Made by a program: the position numbers and the translations under genes. From positions 18,600,001-18,664,000 of the forward strand of contig JBHGNT010000004.1 of the NCBI GenBank assembly GCA_043228905.1: 64,000 nt of DNA, written 5' to 3'. Under the pieces are notes generated by a model. That model saw nothing but the letters and a program-made list of their open reading frames with translations, searched no databases and was not told where the DNA came from. How positions within the stretch are numbered: position 1 is the stretch's first letter; each line of letters opens with the position of its first letter. Shown piece after piece: positions 1-13,590 of the stretch. The stretch comes from Azolla caroliniana (lineage: Eukaryota > Plantae > Polypodiophyta).

Positions 1-1350
1 TGGGTCCATGGAGATGCCTTCTGACGAAATGATGTAGCCGAGAAATTCCACTTGGTTGCACCCGAAACTACATTTTTCCAGCTTTGCATACAGACCATGT
101 TCTCGAAGTCGTTTTAGTACTAATAGTACATGAGAATCATGTTCTTCTTGGGTCTTTGAATAAACCAGTAGATCATCCAAATAGATGATCAAACAATCAT
201 CCAATAGATCTCGGAATATATCATTAGCCATGTGTTGGAAGACTGCCAGTGCATTAGTGAGGCCGAACTGCATGACCGTATACTCGAAGTGCCCATATCT
301 GGTGCGAAACGCGGTCTTCCATTCGTCTCCTAGTCGGATCCGTACGAGGTTATATGCTCCCCGTAAGTCGATCTTCGTGAAGAACCTGGCACCATTGATC
401 CATTCTAAAAGACTTGAGATAAGGGGAAGAGCATACCTATTCCTGATTGTAACCTTATTCAAGCCACGGTAATCTACAACAAGACGAAGCGATCCATCCT
501 TTTTCTTGACGAAGAAAATGGGCACGCCGGCTGGAGATTTCGAATGCCGAATGAAACCATTTTCCAAATTCTCCTCTATATAGGCCCGAAGGACTTCCAG
601 CTCGGTTGGTGACAAATTGTAGATCGGTCCCCATGGCGGCACTTTTCCCGGTTGTAAATCGATGGGGCAATCGTACGGTCGATGATGAGGAAGTGTGTTG
701 GCTTTTACTTTATCGAACACATCGGCGTAATGACGATACTTCTCGGGAAGTTGAACGGTGGATCCTTCTTTAGTGGTGCTGGAGGGGTTTACTGATATTG
801 CAAAGAGGAACATTTCCTCCTTGTGCCCTTCTTTACGCAACTGACGTAGCGAAATGGTTGCCATCTTCTGAGTTGACCCTTGGGTTTGTCGACACCTGAT
901 TTCTCTTGTTCTCCAATCTATGTCTGGGTTATGTAACTTGAACCACGGTAATCCTAAAACTATGGGATGTTCTGGGATACTAATAATATTAAATGATACT
1001 ACACATGCTAAGTTATCTAGGACAATATTAATGGGCTCTGACTCTTCTATGATATTTCCGGAAGCAATGGGACGTCCATCAATGACTACTACAGAGGCTG
1101 GACACTGGAGTTTTCTTAGGGATATCTTATGAGCTTGAGCAAATTTCTTATCCATAAAGCAGGAGTTAGCTCCGGAATCTAGGAGTGCTAGGACATGTAC
1201 TGGAGGGGTACTTTTAGTACTAACTATTACTTGGGCTACGAACACATCACTAACTTACTTAGAGGGAATGGAACCACTAATGGGTTGCACAGATCTAGGG
1301 CTGTCCAACCAAACGGCTCCTATTTTGGCTGGACTTAGTCGTTTAACTCT
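1..1350 (-). pseudogene. pol: pol (protease and RT N-terminal part), disrupted
   Basis: LLDSGANSCF, PPWGPIYNL, APIFF, YLDDLL motifs on the minus strand; no long open frame in the ORF track. Confidence 0.88.
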
Positions 1351-2490
1351 TCTTCTAACTGACTAAGGACATCAAATCTGTTTGCTAGATCTGGGCTATT
1401 AGTACTATTAGGACTATCAGATATCCCTACTGAAATAGGCTCGGGTTTAGTACAATTAGAACTAGCGACTATTTGGTTTACCTATCTTCTTGGCCTATGG
1501 GGGCAATTTATTGCAATATGTCCTGGTCCACCGCAGTAAAGACATAGTCGATTTGTACGGCGTCGCTGCTTTTCTTCTTCGGATAATGGCCCTCGACGAC
1601 GTGTAGTGTCAATCTCCATCGGAGTCGGAGTATTCACTGGAGGCGCATTATATGACTCCCTCGGAAAAGGTCTTGCTACCACTGAGGCGTAGGTGGGCTC
1701 TGATCTTGCCCTCGGCATCTGTAGTTGTCGTTCCGAACGTCGCTCAAAGAGGCGGTTGTCACATCTCACCGCGCGACTGATTGCTTTTGTTAAGGACTTT
1801 GGCTCTTCGGGGAAGGTCAAGAGTAAATCCTTGACGTCGTTGCATAAACCATAACGGAATTGCTCCATCAACGCTTGATCATCCCAAGGGATATCGGCGG
1901 TGAGTAGGCGAAAATCTGCAGCATATGCGGAGGCTGGACGACCGGTCACCTTGGCGTAATCGCCGAATTTTGTTGATTGCGGTCCTGATGCTGTCAGTAT
2001 CACCGAAACATGCTTTAAACTCACCTAGAAACTCTTCAAAATTGTTGAGTAACGGGGATTCCTTTTCTAATAGTGGAGCGAACCATGCCAACGCTGAGCC
2101 ACTTAACAAAGTGCCTACTAAACCCACTCGTGATGCATCGGTGGGATACCGGGAAGGATGCATTTGAATAACTAATCGTACCTGGTTAAGGAACCCTCTA
2201 AACTGTGATCCCGTTCCATCGAACTTTGTGGGAAGGCCAATCTTGGGTTCTTTATGAATCCCTTGTGTTACGGGCCCTTGTTGTTGCATCGCTACGATGG
2301 TTGCTTTGAGTTGTTGCATGCGTAAGGCAAGTTCCCCATGCTGCTGTTGCGTTTGCTGCTTTTCTAAGGAGATTTGCTGAAGATTCCCCAGCAACCGTTG
2401 GTTTTCTTGTTCCAAAGCATGGAACTTCTCTTTGAAGCATTGAAATTCCGAGAAAACAGATTGATATTCTTCAACGCTAACAGTGGCCAT
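1335..2490 (-). pseudogene. gag: gag, frameshifted near 1945 and with an in-frame TAG
   Basis: ORFs 1879..2490 and 1482..2024 join across a ~4-nt insertion relative to B gag; ends GAG TTA AAC GAC TAA. Confidence 0.88.
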
Positions 2491-2564
2491 GGGATGAAAG
2501 AAAAGAGGAATAAGATATTAGTAGGAAATGAGAGAGACAGAAGGTAGGCAAAATCGGTTCAAAC

Positions 2565-2976
2565 TGTCAGGAACAGTACTAAGACAGAGAAGGAATTAGT
2601 ACTAAAAGAAGTATTAGTACTAAGAGAGGTGAAGAACTCGAGAGAGAAGGAAAGAGTGAGTGAGAGGGAGGGAGAGAGAGAGAGAGTGATGATAAGAAAA
2701 GATATATATTATGTGAAGAAAATGTACAGTAGCTAGCAGGCTTAAGACTGGCGTTGAACCGATTTGGTTCGAAATAATGCCTTGTGACTCCTTTTATAGT
2801 GTTCTAAGGAATACTCCTGAAGTTTCTAGAATGTTCCAGAGAAATCTGGAATATACATCAATTTTCTATAATAAAACATAAATAATATTCTATGTATTAC
2901 AATGTATAGTTTAATGGTCAAGAGCTCGACCCATGTATTATAAGGTCATGGGTTCGAGTCTTGCCATATCATGACA
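2565..2976 (-). repeat. 5' LTR of chromovirus copy 1
   Basis: TG...CA termini, TATAAAAG starting at 2798 (minus), collinear with the LTRs of element B. Confidence 0.9.
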
Positions 2977-3175
2977 GGTGGTTGTACCATGTACACCTCT
3001 TCCTCTAAGTCTCCTTGAAGAAAGGCATTCTTGACATCCATCTGATGGAGGTGCCACCCTTTCGCTGTAGCAAAATCTATCACAGTCCACACAGTTGTCA
3101 ATCTGATGGAGGTGCCACCCTTTCGCTGTAGCAAAATCTATCACAGTCCACACAGTTGTCATCTTTGCCACCGGG
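2977..3175 (-). mobile_element. Ty1/copia RT fragment with an internal ~61-bp tandem duplication
   Basis: AKMTTV...GWHLHQMDVKNAFLQGDLEEEVYMVQPP; segment 3040..3100 repeated at 3101..3161. Confidence 0.85.
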
Positions 3176-4115
3176 GATATTAAATTAGACCTGTAAGACC
3201 TGTATATAGGTATGTATCCCTAAATGTATGTATGTATCTACACACATACATACACACACACACACAGGACATGTATTTTATATCGTTCTAATTCTTTGGT
3301 GGTTTTTTTTTCTGTCTTGTTAGTTGGTTTTGTTGTATGGTGCATAGTTTTTGTTGTGTATTTTGTTGTTTTCTTTGAATAATTTTGCACAGCATAATCT
3401 TTGTCACATATAAATGATAAAGTGTTATCGAGATTCCAATCCCTATCCTTGACAAGCAAGCGGTGGTGGCGTGGCAACCTTACAATGGTGGTGAGTGGCA
3501 ACGTTGGATGGGTGTGGAAAGCTAGTAGAGGTCAATTGAAGGTTAGGTTAAAGGGCAACCCTTTAACTCAAAGGCTACCCTCCCTATAATTCAAGGAGGG
3601 TAAGCAGCCTAGAGTTGAAGGGCTCCCACTTTCCTTACTCCATAATTTACTTTTCTTCGTTACTTTTCACTTGGAGGTCGTAATTGTGTTCCAAAAATTC
3701 CATCACGACAATTAAGGCGATACCTTCATATTGTCATGATGAGTTTTCCGAGAAGGTAATCTGAGTGTTGTCTTTAGTTGATTAAGGTCCAAAATCACAA
3801 AACTTCACACCTTGAACTCAGAATTGTAAGCCGAAAAGTCTAGTGCATTCATTGTTTCACCTGGTTAATTTTAGGTAGAAGACTCAAACCAAATAATTTA
3901 ATACAGATACCAAAATCACAAATTATACTAGTTCATGAATTGAGAAGATCAAACGAGTAGAGGCTCGACTCTAGTACAAGTAGAGCTTTAGAGGGATTTC
4001 CTCGATTTTTGGAAAGGTAGAAAGGTAAGAAGATAGAGATATAAGTTTAAAGGTAGATCTTCAAAGGAATTTCCTCAACTTTTGGTTCAATTGACCAATG
4101 AGACGGCTTTGTTGC

Positions 4116-5181
4116 CTTTGAAGTTTTCAATGTGGTATGTAATATTTCAATGCAATCTGATGTTTCAGTGTGGCATGTGATGTTTCAATATGATATGTGA
4201 TTTTTCAATATGACATTTGACGTTATGATACATAATGTTCAATATATTATTTTTGTTTCAATATGGTGTGGGATGTTTCAATATGATATGTGATATGTTG
4301 TGTGATGTTTCAATATGATATGTGATATGGATTGTGATGTTTCAATATGATATGTGATATGGTGTGCAATGTTTCAATATGATATGTGATGTTTCAATGT
4401 GCCTGTTGTTTCAATATGGCATGTGATGTTTCAATATGATATGTGATTTTTCAATATGACATTTGACGTTGTAATATGTAATGTTCAGTATATTATTTTT
4501 GTTTCTATATGGTGTGTGATGTTTCAATATGATATGTGATATGGATTGTGATGTTTCAATATGGTATGTGGTATGGTGTGTGATGTTTCAATATGATATG
4601 TGATATGGATTGTGATGTTTCAATATAATATGTGATATGGTGTGTGATGTTTCAATATGATATGTGATATGGTATGTGATGTTTCAATATGATATGTAAT
4701 ATGGTGTGTGATGTTTCAATATGATATGTGATATGGTGTGCGATGTTTTTATGTGCCTGATGTTTCAATGTGGCATGTGATGTTTCAATATGATATGTGA
4801 TTTCTCAATATGACATTTGACGTTGTGATACATAATGTTCAATATATTATTTTTGTTTCAATATGATATGTGATATGGTGTGTGATGTTTCAATATGATA
4901 TGTGATATGGTGCGTGATGTTTCAATATGATATGTGATATGGTGTGTGATGTTTCAATATGATATGTGATATGGTGTGTGATGTTTCAATATGATATGTG
5001 ATATGGTGTGTGATGTTTGATGTTTGATGTTTCAATATGATATGTGATATGGTGTGTGATGTTTCAATATGATATGTGATATGGATTGTGATGTTTCAAT
5101 ATGATATGTAATATGGTGTGTGATGTTTCAATATGCCTGATGTTTCAATGTGGCATGTGATTTTTCAATATGACATTTGAC
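4116..5181. repeat. G/T-rich tandem repeat array, left part
   Basis: Repeated GATGTTTCAATATGATATGT (20 nt) and GATGTTTCAATATGATATGTGATATGGTGTGT (32 nt) units with recurring variant blocks. Confidence 0.92.
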
Positions 5182-6522
5182 TCCTCATTAGCGCCGACCT
5201 TTGAACCCATATATAGGAGCATTTTTTGTTTGGATGCTTCATAAATGATATATTGTTGGCTGTCAAAGGTATCTCACCTAATGGGTGCATCTCTTATTTT
5301 GAGGTTTTGATAACAATAGAATGCAGCCTCATGCCTTTGACTGCAGCTATTTTTAGGACGTGCGGAATACACCAATCAGTGTGCTTGCAAAAATGGGAAA
5401 GAAGTGGTTGCTTGATCCTTATCCTTCTATCGCTCATATGTGTGATATGATGGGGTTGTATGCAAAAGAACCTATTGCAAGACTAGTATGGGATCCGGGG
5501 GGTTGGTTCTAAACATATTCCTTGGGGGAATAGATCATAAAGGTTCCCTTCTTTTAGTATTCAGTAAAGCTAGGAAGGTCATTACTAAGGTCTATGAATG
5601 TAATGGCGCCAGCAGCACAAAAACATTGGACTAACTTGGGTGTTTCAATGTTGCAATTGAAAACATATTGGACATGGATCTAGTCTTTCAAGGGTCCCTC
5701 TAAATTTATTCTTTTTAGATGGCTATTAGTGCATGCAGCATTACCAGTTGGCCGGACATTAAAAGGGAATGTAGCACATAATCTCAGGCAATGTGGATTT
5801 TGCTATGCAACGCTGGAGACTACTAAGCATGTCCTTTGGTCTTGTCCTTTGGCTCAGCAACTATGGAATAAAGTTCTTTCTTTATTCCTAACTGTCAATG
5901 TTGGTTGCTTGTTCTCATAGGGAGCAGCGGTGTGGGGAATTTTACACTCCAGCTTGATGTTATATGAGGCAGATGATATACAAGAGGCCATGACGGTACA
6001 TAACAAAAGATTGATATCAGTTAGTCCGTTTTAGCAACCTTGAAAGCAGGTGCGATCTGTCCAGATTTGGAAAAGTGTGACTACGATAACATTATAGGTA
6101 TTATGGAAATGTAGATGCAGTCGACTTTAAGATGCCGCAAAGCTTGGTCTTCCAGAGGTATTGCTTGAGATATGGGAAACATTGTTGACAGTAGTTCGTG
6201 GGCAATATGATAACATGTGCGGTTCTCCAGAAAATATTCATAAAAGAAGGATGAAGATTCTTCACTTATGGAGTAAGGTGCCTCTCTTTGTAGTGACAAA
6301 TCAAAGACCTCAATGGAATTATCATCTTCCATGGACCCTTTATTGATACAAAACTAGCATGCTAATGTACCGTTTAAGGTTCAAAAGCCCTGTATAAGTT
6401 GTTTTTGTATGGACAGGTTTAGGTGTACATACATTACGTTATAAGCCTACAGGCAGATAACTTTTACTTGTATTTTTTCGATATTTTTAATATTATTGAA
6501 GAAAATCTTTCAAGGAAAAAAA
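5182..6522 (+). mobile_element. 5'-truncated L1-type LINE (ORF2 C-terminus, zf-RVT), decayed
   Basis: QCGFCYATLETTKHVLWSCPLAQQLW zinc finger; A-rich tail ending ~6522; TSD ATGACATTTGAC at 5170..5181 and 6523..6534. Confidence 0.88.
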
Positions 6523-7310
6523 ATGACATTTGACGTTATGATACGTAATGTTCAATGTGTTATTTTTGTTTCAATATGGTGTGTGATGTTGAATCTATAT
6601 GATATGTGATATGGTGTGTGATGTTTCAATATGATATGTGATATGGTGTGTGTTGTTTCAATATGATATGTGATGTTTCAATCTGCCTGATGTTTCAATG
6701 TGGCATGTGATTTTTCAATATGACATTTGATGTTATGATACGTAATGTTCAATATATTATTTTTGTTTCAATATGGTGTGTGATGTTTCAATATGATATG
6801 TGATGTTTCAATGTGCTAATAAGTGATGTTTCAATGTGCCAGTATGTGATGTTTCAATATGATATGTGATGTTTCAATATGGTATGTGATGTTTCAATAT
6901 TATATATGATGTCTCAAGATGATATGCGATGTTATAATATGTAATGTTCAATATGGCATTTTTGTTTCAATACGGTGTTTGTGTTTCAATATGGTATTTC
7001 ATGCTATGATATGTAACATTCAATATGGTATTTTCGTTTCAATAGAATGCATGGTGTTTCAATACACTAAAGTGAAATTTTCTGTATAGTGAACTTAGTA
7101 ATACAAGTTTTAGGGTTTAGTAATATATGATGTTTCAAGATGATATGTGATGTTAGAATATGTAATGTTCAATTTGGCATTTTTGTTTCAATCTGGTGTT
7201 TGCCTTTCAATGTGGTATGTGATGCTATGATATGTAACATTCAATAGAATATGTGGTGTTTCAATATAGTAAAGTAAAATTTTCTCTATGGTGAACTTCG
7301 TAATACATGT
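6523..7310. repeat. G/T-rich tandem repeat array, right part, decaying
   Basis: Same units resume exactly after the LINE TSD and diverge toward ~7300. Confidence 0.85.
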
Positions 7311-7920
7311 TCTCAATATTTTTACCAATTGTGAAATTTCTTACTAATGTTTCATGCTATACGATTTGGTACTTCATGAGTTTTTCGTTTTAAATTTGAA
7401 GAAATTCTGGATGACATGAACACTTGAGAAATTTACTCAACTAGCTTATAGGTATCATAAAATTGAACTTTCACATGCATCCATATAGAATGTAGTTGAG
7501 GTTGACTTTCCAACAACACATGGGAAAAAGTTGAAGGATTTGAGTACTTATCACAATGATTTCTCGAAATCATTAACCTTTGAGCTTGAGAGTATAAATA
7601 TTTGGAATTGAGACCATAAGGATGACTTAGCAAATATATCTCATTTAAGATAAGATCATACTTTGTATTGTACCTTGGTAAAACTAGGAATTGTACAAAA
7701 GAAAGACAAAAACTCAATCAGATGAACTTAATCACATTTTACTTACAATGGCCAATTGGCAATGACCCATGAATTATTTCATTGCTATTCCACAACGTTT
7801 TTGGATCCATATAACATGAACAATGTATTATAATGTCTAAAACTTCAAACCCTAAATAAATCAGCCTTTGTAGAAGGATGCACAATCATGGAAATATAAA
7901 AATATAGACATTTTGTTCCA

Positions 7921-10057
7921 TCACAATAGTGGTGCTCTACAAGTTTTTGGTTCGTCGTCATCGACTTTCCGGCATACCCGAGCCTCCCGAAAGATTCGAC
8001 CATGCTGACATCGATAGCCATGTTGAGGTGCACAATGGGCATCCGTGGAGCAAATACAGAGTCCCTCGAGAGCGCAACCATCAGATTGGGAGAGTGGGAG
8101 AGGCCCAAGGCCGAGCATCGCATCGGACCACGCACTCGAAAAGAGTCCTTGTGGATCGAACTGATCCTTGACGGCAATAAAGCGCCCAATGTTGGGGTAC
8201 TTGTCAGCCACACCAATAAAGGCAACAGGCCGGTTCTTGCCCCAATGGGGACGACCACCATATTTGAAGACGGCCATTTGCTCGATTTCCTCCCAAATGT
8301 CCTCGTTAAGACGTGGGTTCAACGCATGATGGGAGCGGTAGTAGGTAATGTCAATGCTCACGGCGTCATGTTCCTCACCCAAGAAGGCAGTTGAGTTCCG
8401 GACATAACGCATAATGATGCCGTAGTAGTGGTCTGAATTGCAAAGCAAGGAAGGGTCGAGGTCACGTAGAGATTTGATGTCGCGGAGGAAGCCAGGGAGC
8501 TTGGTGGTGTCAATGGAGACGGTCGTTTGGTGGAAGAATAGGCCTTGGATGCGGTTGTCCCACGCGCACACGCGGTCATCGTCCTCGGGTGTTTGGAGGC
8601 AATGGCTCGAAGTTACGAGGCGGTTGTGGAAGCCGATGACAGGATACCCCGTGAACAAATGGTCGTTGTTCTTGAGACCCGTGCCCAAGGCCGACAACGA
8701 CGCCACTTGTAGCCTCGACACGCCACACTTCCCATCGTCATTGCCCGTCTTCTCCAAAGATGTCTCTGCCATTATTAGTTAAATTCTCATGTTTTAGGAG
8801 CATCTCACAAATTGATGAAATGTCATATGTATTGTTCCACTAGAGAACAAATTTGACACTCTAACTACTACTACTCCTACTGCTGCTGCTGCTGCTACTG
8901 CTACTCCCCTTTTGTTTTTCTTAGGATTTTTGAAGAAATTTTGTTTTTTAACTGGTAGAAGTTTTACATCATCGAGAATTACCGAGTGCACGGACAGCCT
9001 CCGCTACCAAGGGAGAAATCGGTTCGAACCCAATAAAGTCGTTGAATCCATCCCCTTCGGTGTCGATGGGCACCCTAAAGTCCTTCTTGTAAACAACTTT
9101 GTGCCGTGCGGGATGCCATGTCAGATCGCCGAATTCATGGGTTAATCCGAATTCTACGATTCGATCTTCGATGTCTTCATCCGATTCCTTCTCATTCGTA
9201 ATCGAACGTTTGAACAGTGGCTCCAATTGCAAAGTAACCTGCAAAGACACAGACATAGAGCAAGGAACAAATTTATAAGACTTTTCATTCACATCTAATA
9301 TGTTATTTTATGGCCTCTTAATTCCCCTTGTGCTTTTACACTGATGTTTGGAGAGAAAGAAGCTTTATAAACTTACTGTGGATATAGCCCCTAGGACTCC
9401 AAGACCAACTTTCGCGGCATTGAATTCCTCGGGTTGCGATTCATCGAGAATCACGACGCGCGCATAGCCCTGGGCTTTGGTGGCGGGAATGACGAGGCGC
9501 AACGCAACAACATACTCATGTACAGCCCCGCCCTTCTGGAAGAGCGAGCTACCATGCGCACCCGTGCTAATGAGGCCCCCGATGCTCACCCCGCCCCAGT
9601 AAGGCATGTAAGGGAGGGCTAGCCCGTGCTGAGCGATCGCGTCCACTAGTTGGCTTAAGTCGATGCCTGCATCGACCTCGGCCGTGTTCCTTGACTTGTC
9701 GACCACGATCCGACGGTTGTATCGGCTCATGCTAATGATGAAGCCATCGTCGCCTTCGGGGCAAGCAAGCTTCGGCATGCTATGTGCCCAAGGGGAAATG
9801 ACTTTGAGCTTTTTGCGGAGGCGGACGGCTTGGGCCACCGCGGCCACGAGACCGGCCTCCGTGTTCGGGAAGGCCGCGGACGCGGCCAAGCACTCCTTGC
9901 GGTCGGCCCATATGCCATATGTGCTTTTAATGGTGCAGTTTTGAGTTCCAGTAGAGCATTGGACGGGGTTTTCAGGGGGCTTGGCTATTACTAGAATGCC
10001 CACACATACTAGCACCTCTACCACTAATACTAGTCCTACTACCAAGTTCATCCTCAT
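7921..10057 (-). CDS. GULLO: L-gulonolactone oxidase-like FAD oxidoreductase (plant GulLO / D-arabinono-1,4-lactone oxidase family); exons 10057..9377, 9238..8983, 8765..7921; 593 aa
   Basis: GT..AG introns give 681+256+845=1782 nt in frame. Hydrophobic signal peptide, AHSMPK FAD-His motif, SIGGLISTGAHGSS, GLGVLGAIST|VTLQL, GGRPHWGKN, Cys-rich C-terminus (GCALEGLCICS). Confidence 0.93.
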
Positions 10058-10090
10058 TATTGGGTTAACTCTTACAAGCTTTCTCCAAGC

Positions 10091-10101
10091 CTATATATAA
10101 G
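10091..10101 (-). promoter_or_regulatory. Candidate TATA box of the GulLO-like gene
   Basis: CTTATATATAGG about 35-45 nt upstream of the ATG. Confidence 0.5.
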
Positions 10102-11198
10102 TTTTGGTCCCCCAAGAATATGTTGAATTTATAAGGCTCACGACTCGTCTCAATCTCTCAAATACATGTCATCCCTCACGGCAACCCTCGCGGCAAATAT
10201 CCCTCGTGGTTTTCAAAAGACCTTTCACATAATACGGTCTACTAGGTTGAAAAGATAAAGATACACTTTGTGTCCTCATCACTTAGTCTCATGGAATTAA
10301 GAAAGACATATTCCTTCAAAAATGATCCCAAGTCCATCTCCATGCCCCACATGCGATTGAATGTCACCGATGTAATCATGTGTCAAGTAGCATACGTTTT
10401 CATATTATGCAAAATTGGTTCATCATTTTCAAATTATTATCCGACTAATCTGCTGAGCATGAAATGCCCATAAACATTGATTGTTTGCACACGTTGTTAT
10501 TGCTTCATCCCTTTTATTGATAATCTAATTAGGTTGTCCAAAATCCCTAATTTAATAGTTTGCTAGCATCACTATAGCTTTATCCAATTTCCTATGCGGG
10601 CCAGGGTCCTAAAAAATTGTTCTCTAGTTTATCAATGTCTATCTCGTGACCAAGGATATTTTCGGATAGTGAAAGTATCATGGACGAAATCAATACTACC
10701 TTGTTCTTGAAACAAGCAATGAGAACTTCTTTCTCTTTGGCCGTTGGCTTGGTGGTTTACACCATAGCGTCAAAGTTATAAAATCAAGAGAACCAAAACT
10801 TGATCCTCACCATGGGCTATGCCCCATCCGAAAGATTGGATTTGGTCTCCCCCGGATGTTAAAAAGATATCTATCTATCTATCCACGACCATGAATGCAA
10901 AAGGAGGTGACTAAGGATAGTCCTGTTACATGTAATGAAGTTGCAAGGATGAGTGTGATGTAAAATTTTACTAGGTTTTTAATGCATTAAATGTGCTCAA
11001 TATTTACTAATTCTTTCAAACGTGATGTTGTTATTAAAAACGTGCTAGAATATATCTATGTATCCGTCTTATAAACGGGAAAGTAGTGGCGGCTATGGTG
11101 GACGGGGCTGTATTCCGTCTATTTTAACTAGAAAAAGTTTGTGGAGATCCATTCAATGCTCTTAAAGGGAGCTCCAAGGCAAACATAATAATAAAGAT

Positions 11199-11208
11199 TG
11201 TGTGTGTG

Positions 11209-11248
<40 letters not shown>
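11199..11248. repeat. (TG)n microsatellite
   Basis: Direct reading. Confidence 0.95.
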
Positions 11249-11249
<1 letters not shown>

Positions 11250-12289
11250 ATTATCACGATATTGACATCACCTAAGAGATTGGCCCTTGGTGACCTTCCC
11301 ACATATAAAAAAACACATGGGTCCCTAAAATGCTTAACAATGGCCTTTTGAATATACGAAAAATGTTGGGAATGAAAAACAAATAAAATTGTTGTTGAAT
11401 ATTTCAAACCTCCTCATTTGTAAATAGGTTTTCTTAGATTAAATATTGCTCGTTATTAAAGTTGACCAATAAAGTTAAAAGAAGTTAGAACTTGCATCTT
11501 GCCAAAAAAAATGGAAAGGTGGTTGACATCTAAGATTAACTTATAGCATTGGTCATAGTTTTGCTCTAAATTCAATTGTCATTTCTCTAGAAAAGTAAAG
11601 CAATTGCTCCACAATACATCCACATATTCGAATCTTTCTCTTTTTTACTTCAAAAGTATCCGCACATCATAGCTTGCTTCTCTATCAAAGTGAAGGCATA
11701 TGTTTGGCATGTTCTCTACCTTGCTTTCACCCATATTAGTTGATTATACTATGATTGCTTATGCATGTGGTTTTCTTAGACCTCAAATATGAGACATGTC
11801 TAGAAAAATCTCTCCTCTAACACGTGGTATGCAATCTTGATTATATAACAAATAGGTCCCTAAAGCGTTCAAACTCTCTTTATCTTTTTCTTTAGAATAT
11901 GCATGGGCCATGTTTTGCTTCCTTTTATCATGATAAGATGCAAACGTGTATGTTTGACAAGTTCGCTAACTTATGTTCCTGTTATCAACCAACCACACAC
12001 ATTGTACTTTATAAAGCCCTTGAACCTAGAGGCATGACTCTATAAAAAAATTTAAATGTCTATAGAAAAAACTCTAATAAAATAAATTTCAATGTGCATG
12101 CACATATAGAATCTTGTTTAAGTGACTTAAGATGGAGGTTATGAACTTTTGGGGCAACAAAAGAAATTATGTAAACAATAGGTTTTTTTTCAATGGTGTT
12201 TAAGGATTGATCAAAGCATGCCATGAACTACCAATTAAATTAAGCATTTAAAAAACTTTCATAGAATTAAATCTTTCATTCATTCTAGA

Positions 12290-13590
12290 CATGAGAGAGA
12301 CAGAGAGACTAACACCAACATACATGGATATGACCTCAGTAGAGTTTAAATTTGCAAGAAAATTGGGTATTAAGAAATACATGTTTTGCGCCTTTGTTAC
12401 TTTCATCTACATAATCAGGTGCTCCATTCTCAACTTTGTTGTACTCTTCCTTGATATTATCTACATTAAGAGTCAAAGTGTCTTGAACATGCATACCAAA
12501 GCTTCTTGGAAGATAGGAGATTGAACTATAATAAATCTTATGTGCAATGACAAATTACAATACATGTAGAGTAATATCATAATGTAGCTCTATTAAAATC
12601 CTTGAATGTTTGAGATCAAATGTGGAGGATGTCATTTTGTATCTACATCTCGATGGTATTCGCCATCATTTAGAGGACATAGATTTCATGAATAATGTTG
12701 AGGAAAATGACACAACATTGAGACAAATAATAAGTTATAACTTATAATTGATCAATATCACATGAAAACCACATATTTTTTATTCTAGAGTAACATGTTT
12801 ATTTAGAAGTTAGTAGTGTTTTATTATGATGCATGTATTTCAACACCAAATGAAATGGAATGTAGAGTCACACATGCCTAGTTTTCTGGATATTTGATTG
12901 ATTAATATAATGTAGATAATCATGTAAATGTTTAATTTGTTTTGGAAAAATATAAATATGAGTATGTTTTTATAATAGACATACAATGTAGTACATGTAT
13001 CAAAACGCTCAAAGAAACTATACTATGAAAGGAATCATTACAAATTTTTGAGTCGTGGTTTCTCTTAGTGTGACGCATAGAGAAACCTATTTGATGCTAG
13101 AGGTCAACATGAAAGAGCTAGAAGAAGAAATTGCCTACATGAAATTGGAATACAACTTCGTGTGGTACACATCAATGGTCTAATCATATTCATTATGACA
13201 ATTTCAAGCGGCCTCACTAGTATTCATGGATACAAGACTTGAAGAGATTGGTCAAGAAACTTGACAACATGATGGGACATGATAATAATAGATTGTCTAC
13301 ATTCAGCCCGCTTGAAAACCATGTTGCATTTCATAAAACGTGGACTTTTAAGGATTCAAATGGATACACACTATGACAATTAAGCCAATTTTTTGAAAGA
13401 ATTGTGGAGAAGTAAATTATGTGTGCTGTGGGCACTCGTTGGAGACATTCTTTCAGAGCACGCTTCTTTCTAAGCAAAGTTTTGTCTCCATGCTAACATA
13501 GTTAAACAAGGCTAATGGACAGATGTATACTTTATCAATGGCAATCGTTGAACCAATTAGTCTTTTGACGGAATTATGTAAAAAGTATCT
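12290..13590 (+). pseudogene. Possible highly decayed hAT-like transposase remnant
   Basis: YLHLDG (~12640), then in one frame TSCGTHQW (~13160) and CAVGTRW (~13440), matching the hAT D...CxxH...TRW motif order; many stops; no terminal inverted repeats found. Confidence 0.35.

Larger units (their letters stand above)
1..2976 (-). mobile_element. Ty3/gypsy chromovirus (Tcn1/Sushi-like), 5' part, running off the window start; degenerate
   Basis: LTR 2565..2976 (TGTCA...TGACA). Gag has KEPKIGLPTKFDG and a CLYCGGPGHIAINC knuckle; protease has LDSGA; RT follows. Homologous throughout to element B. Inserted in a copia RT fragment. Confidence 0.93.

Noticed and set aside
2900-2970. Functional tRNA gene
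   Set aside because: A/B boxes are present, but I could not fold convincing acceptor and anticodon stems; reported only as tRNA-like.
3180-4110. Possible LTR or leader fragment
   Set aside because: No partner LTR, PBS or coding motif could be identified.
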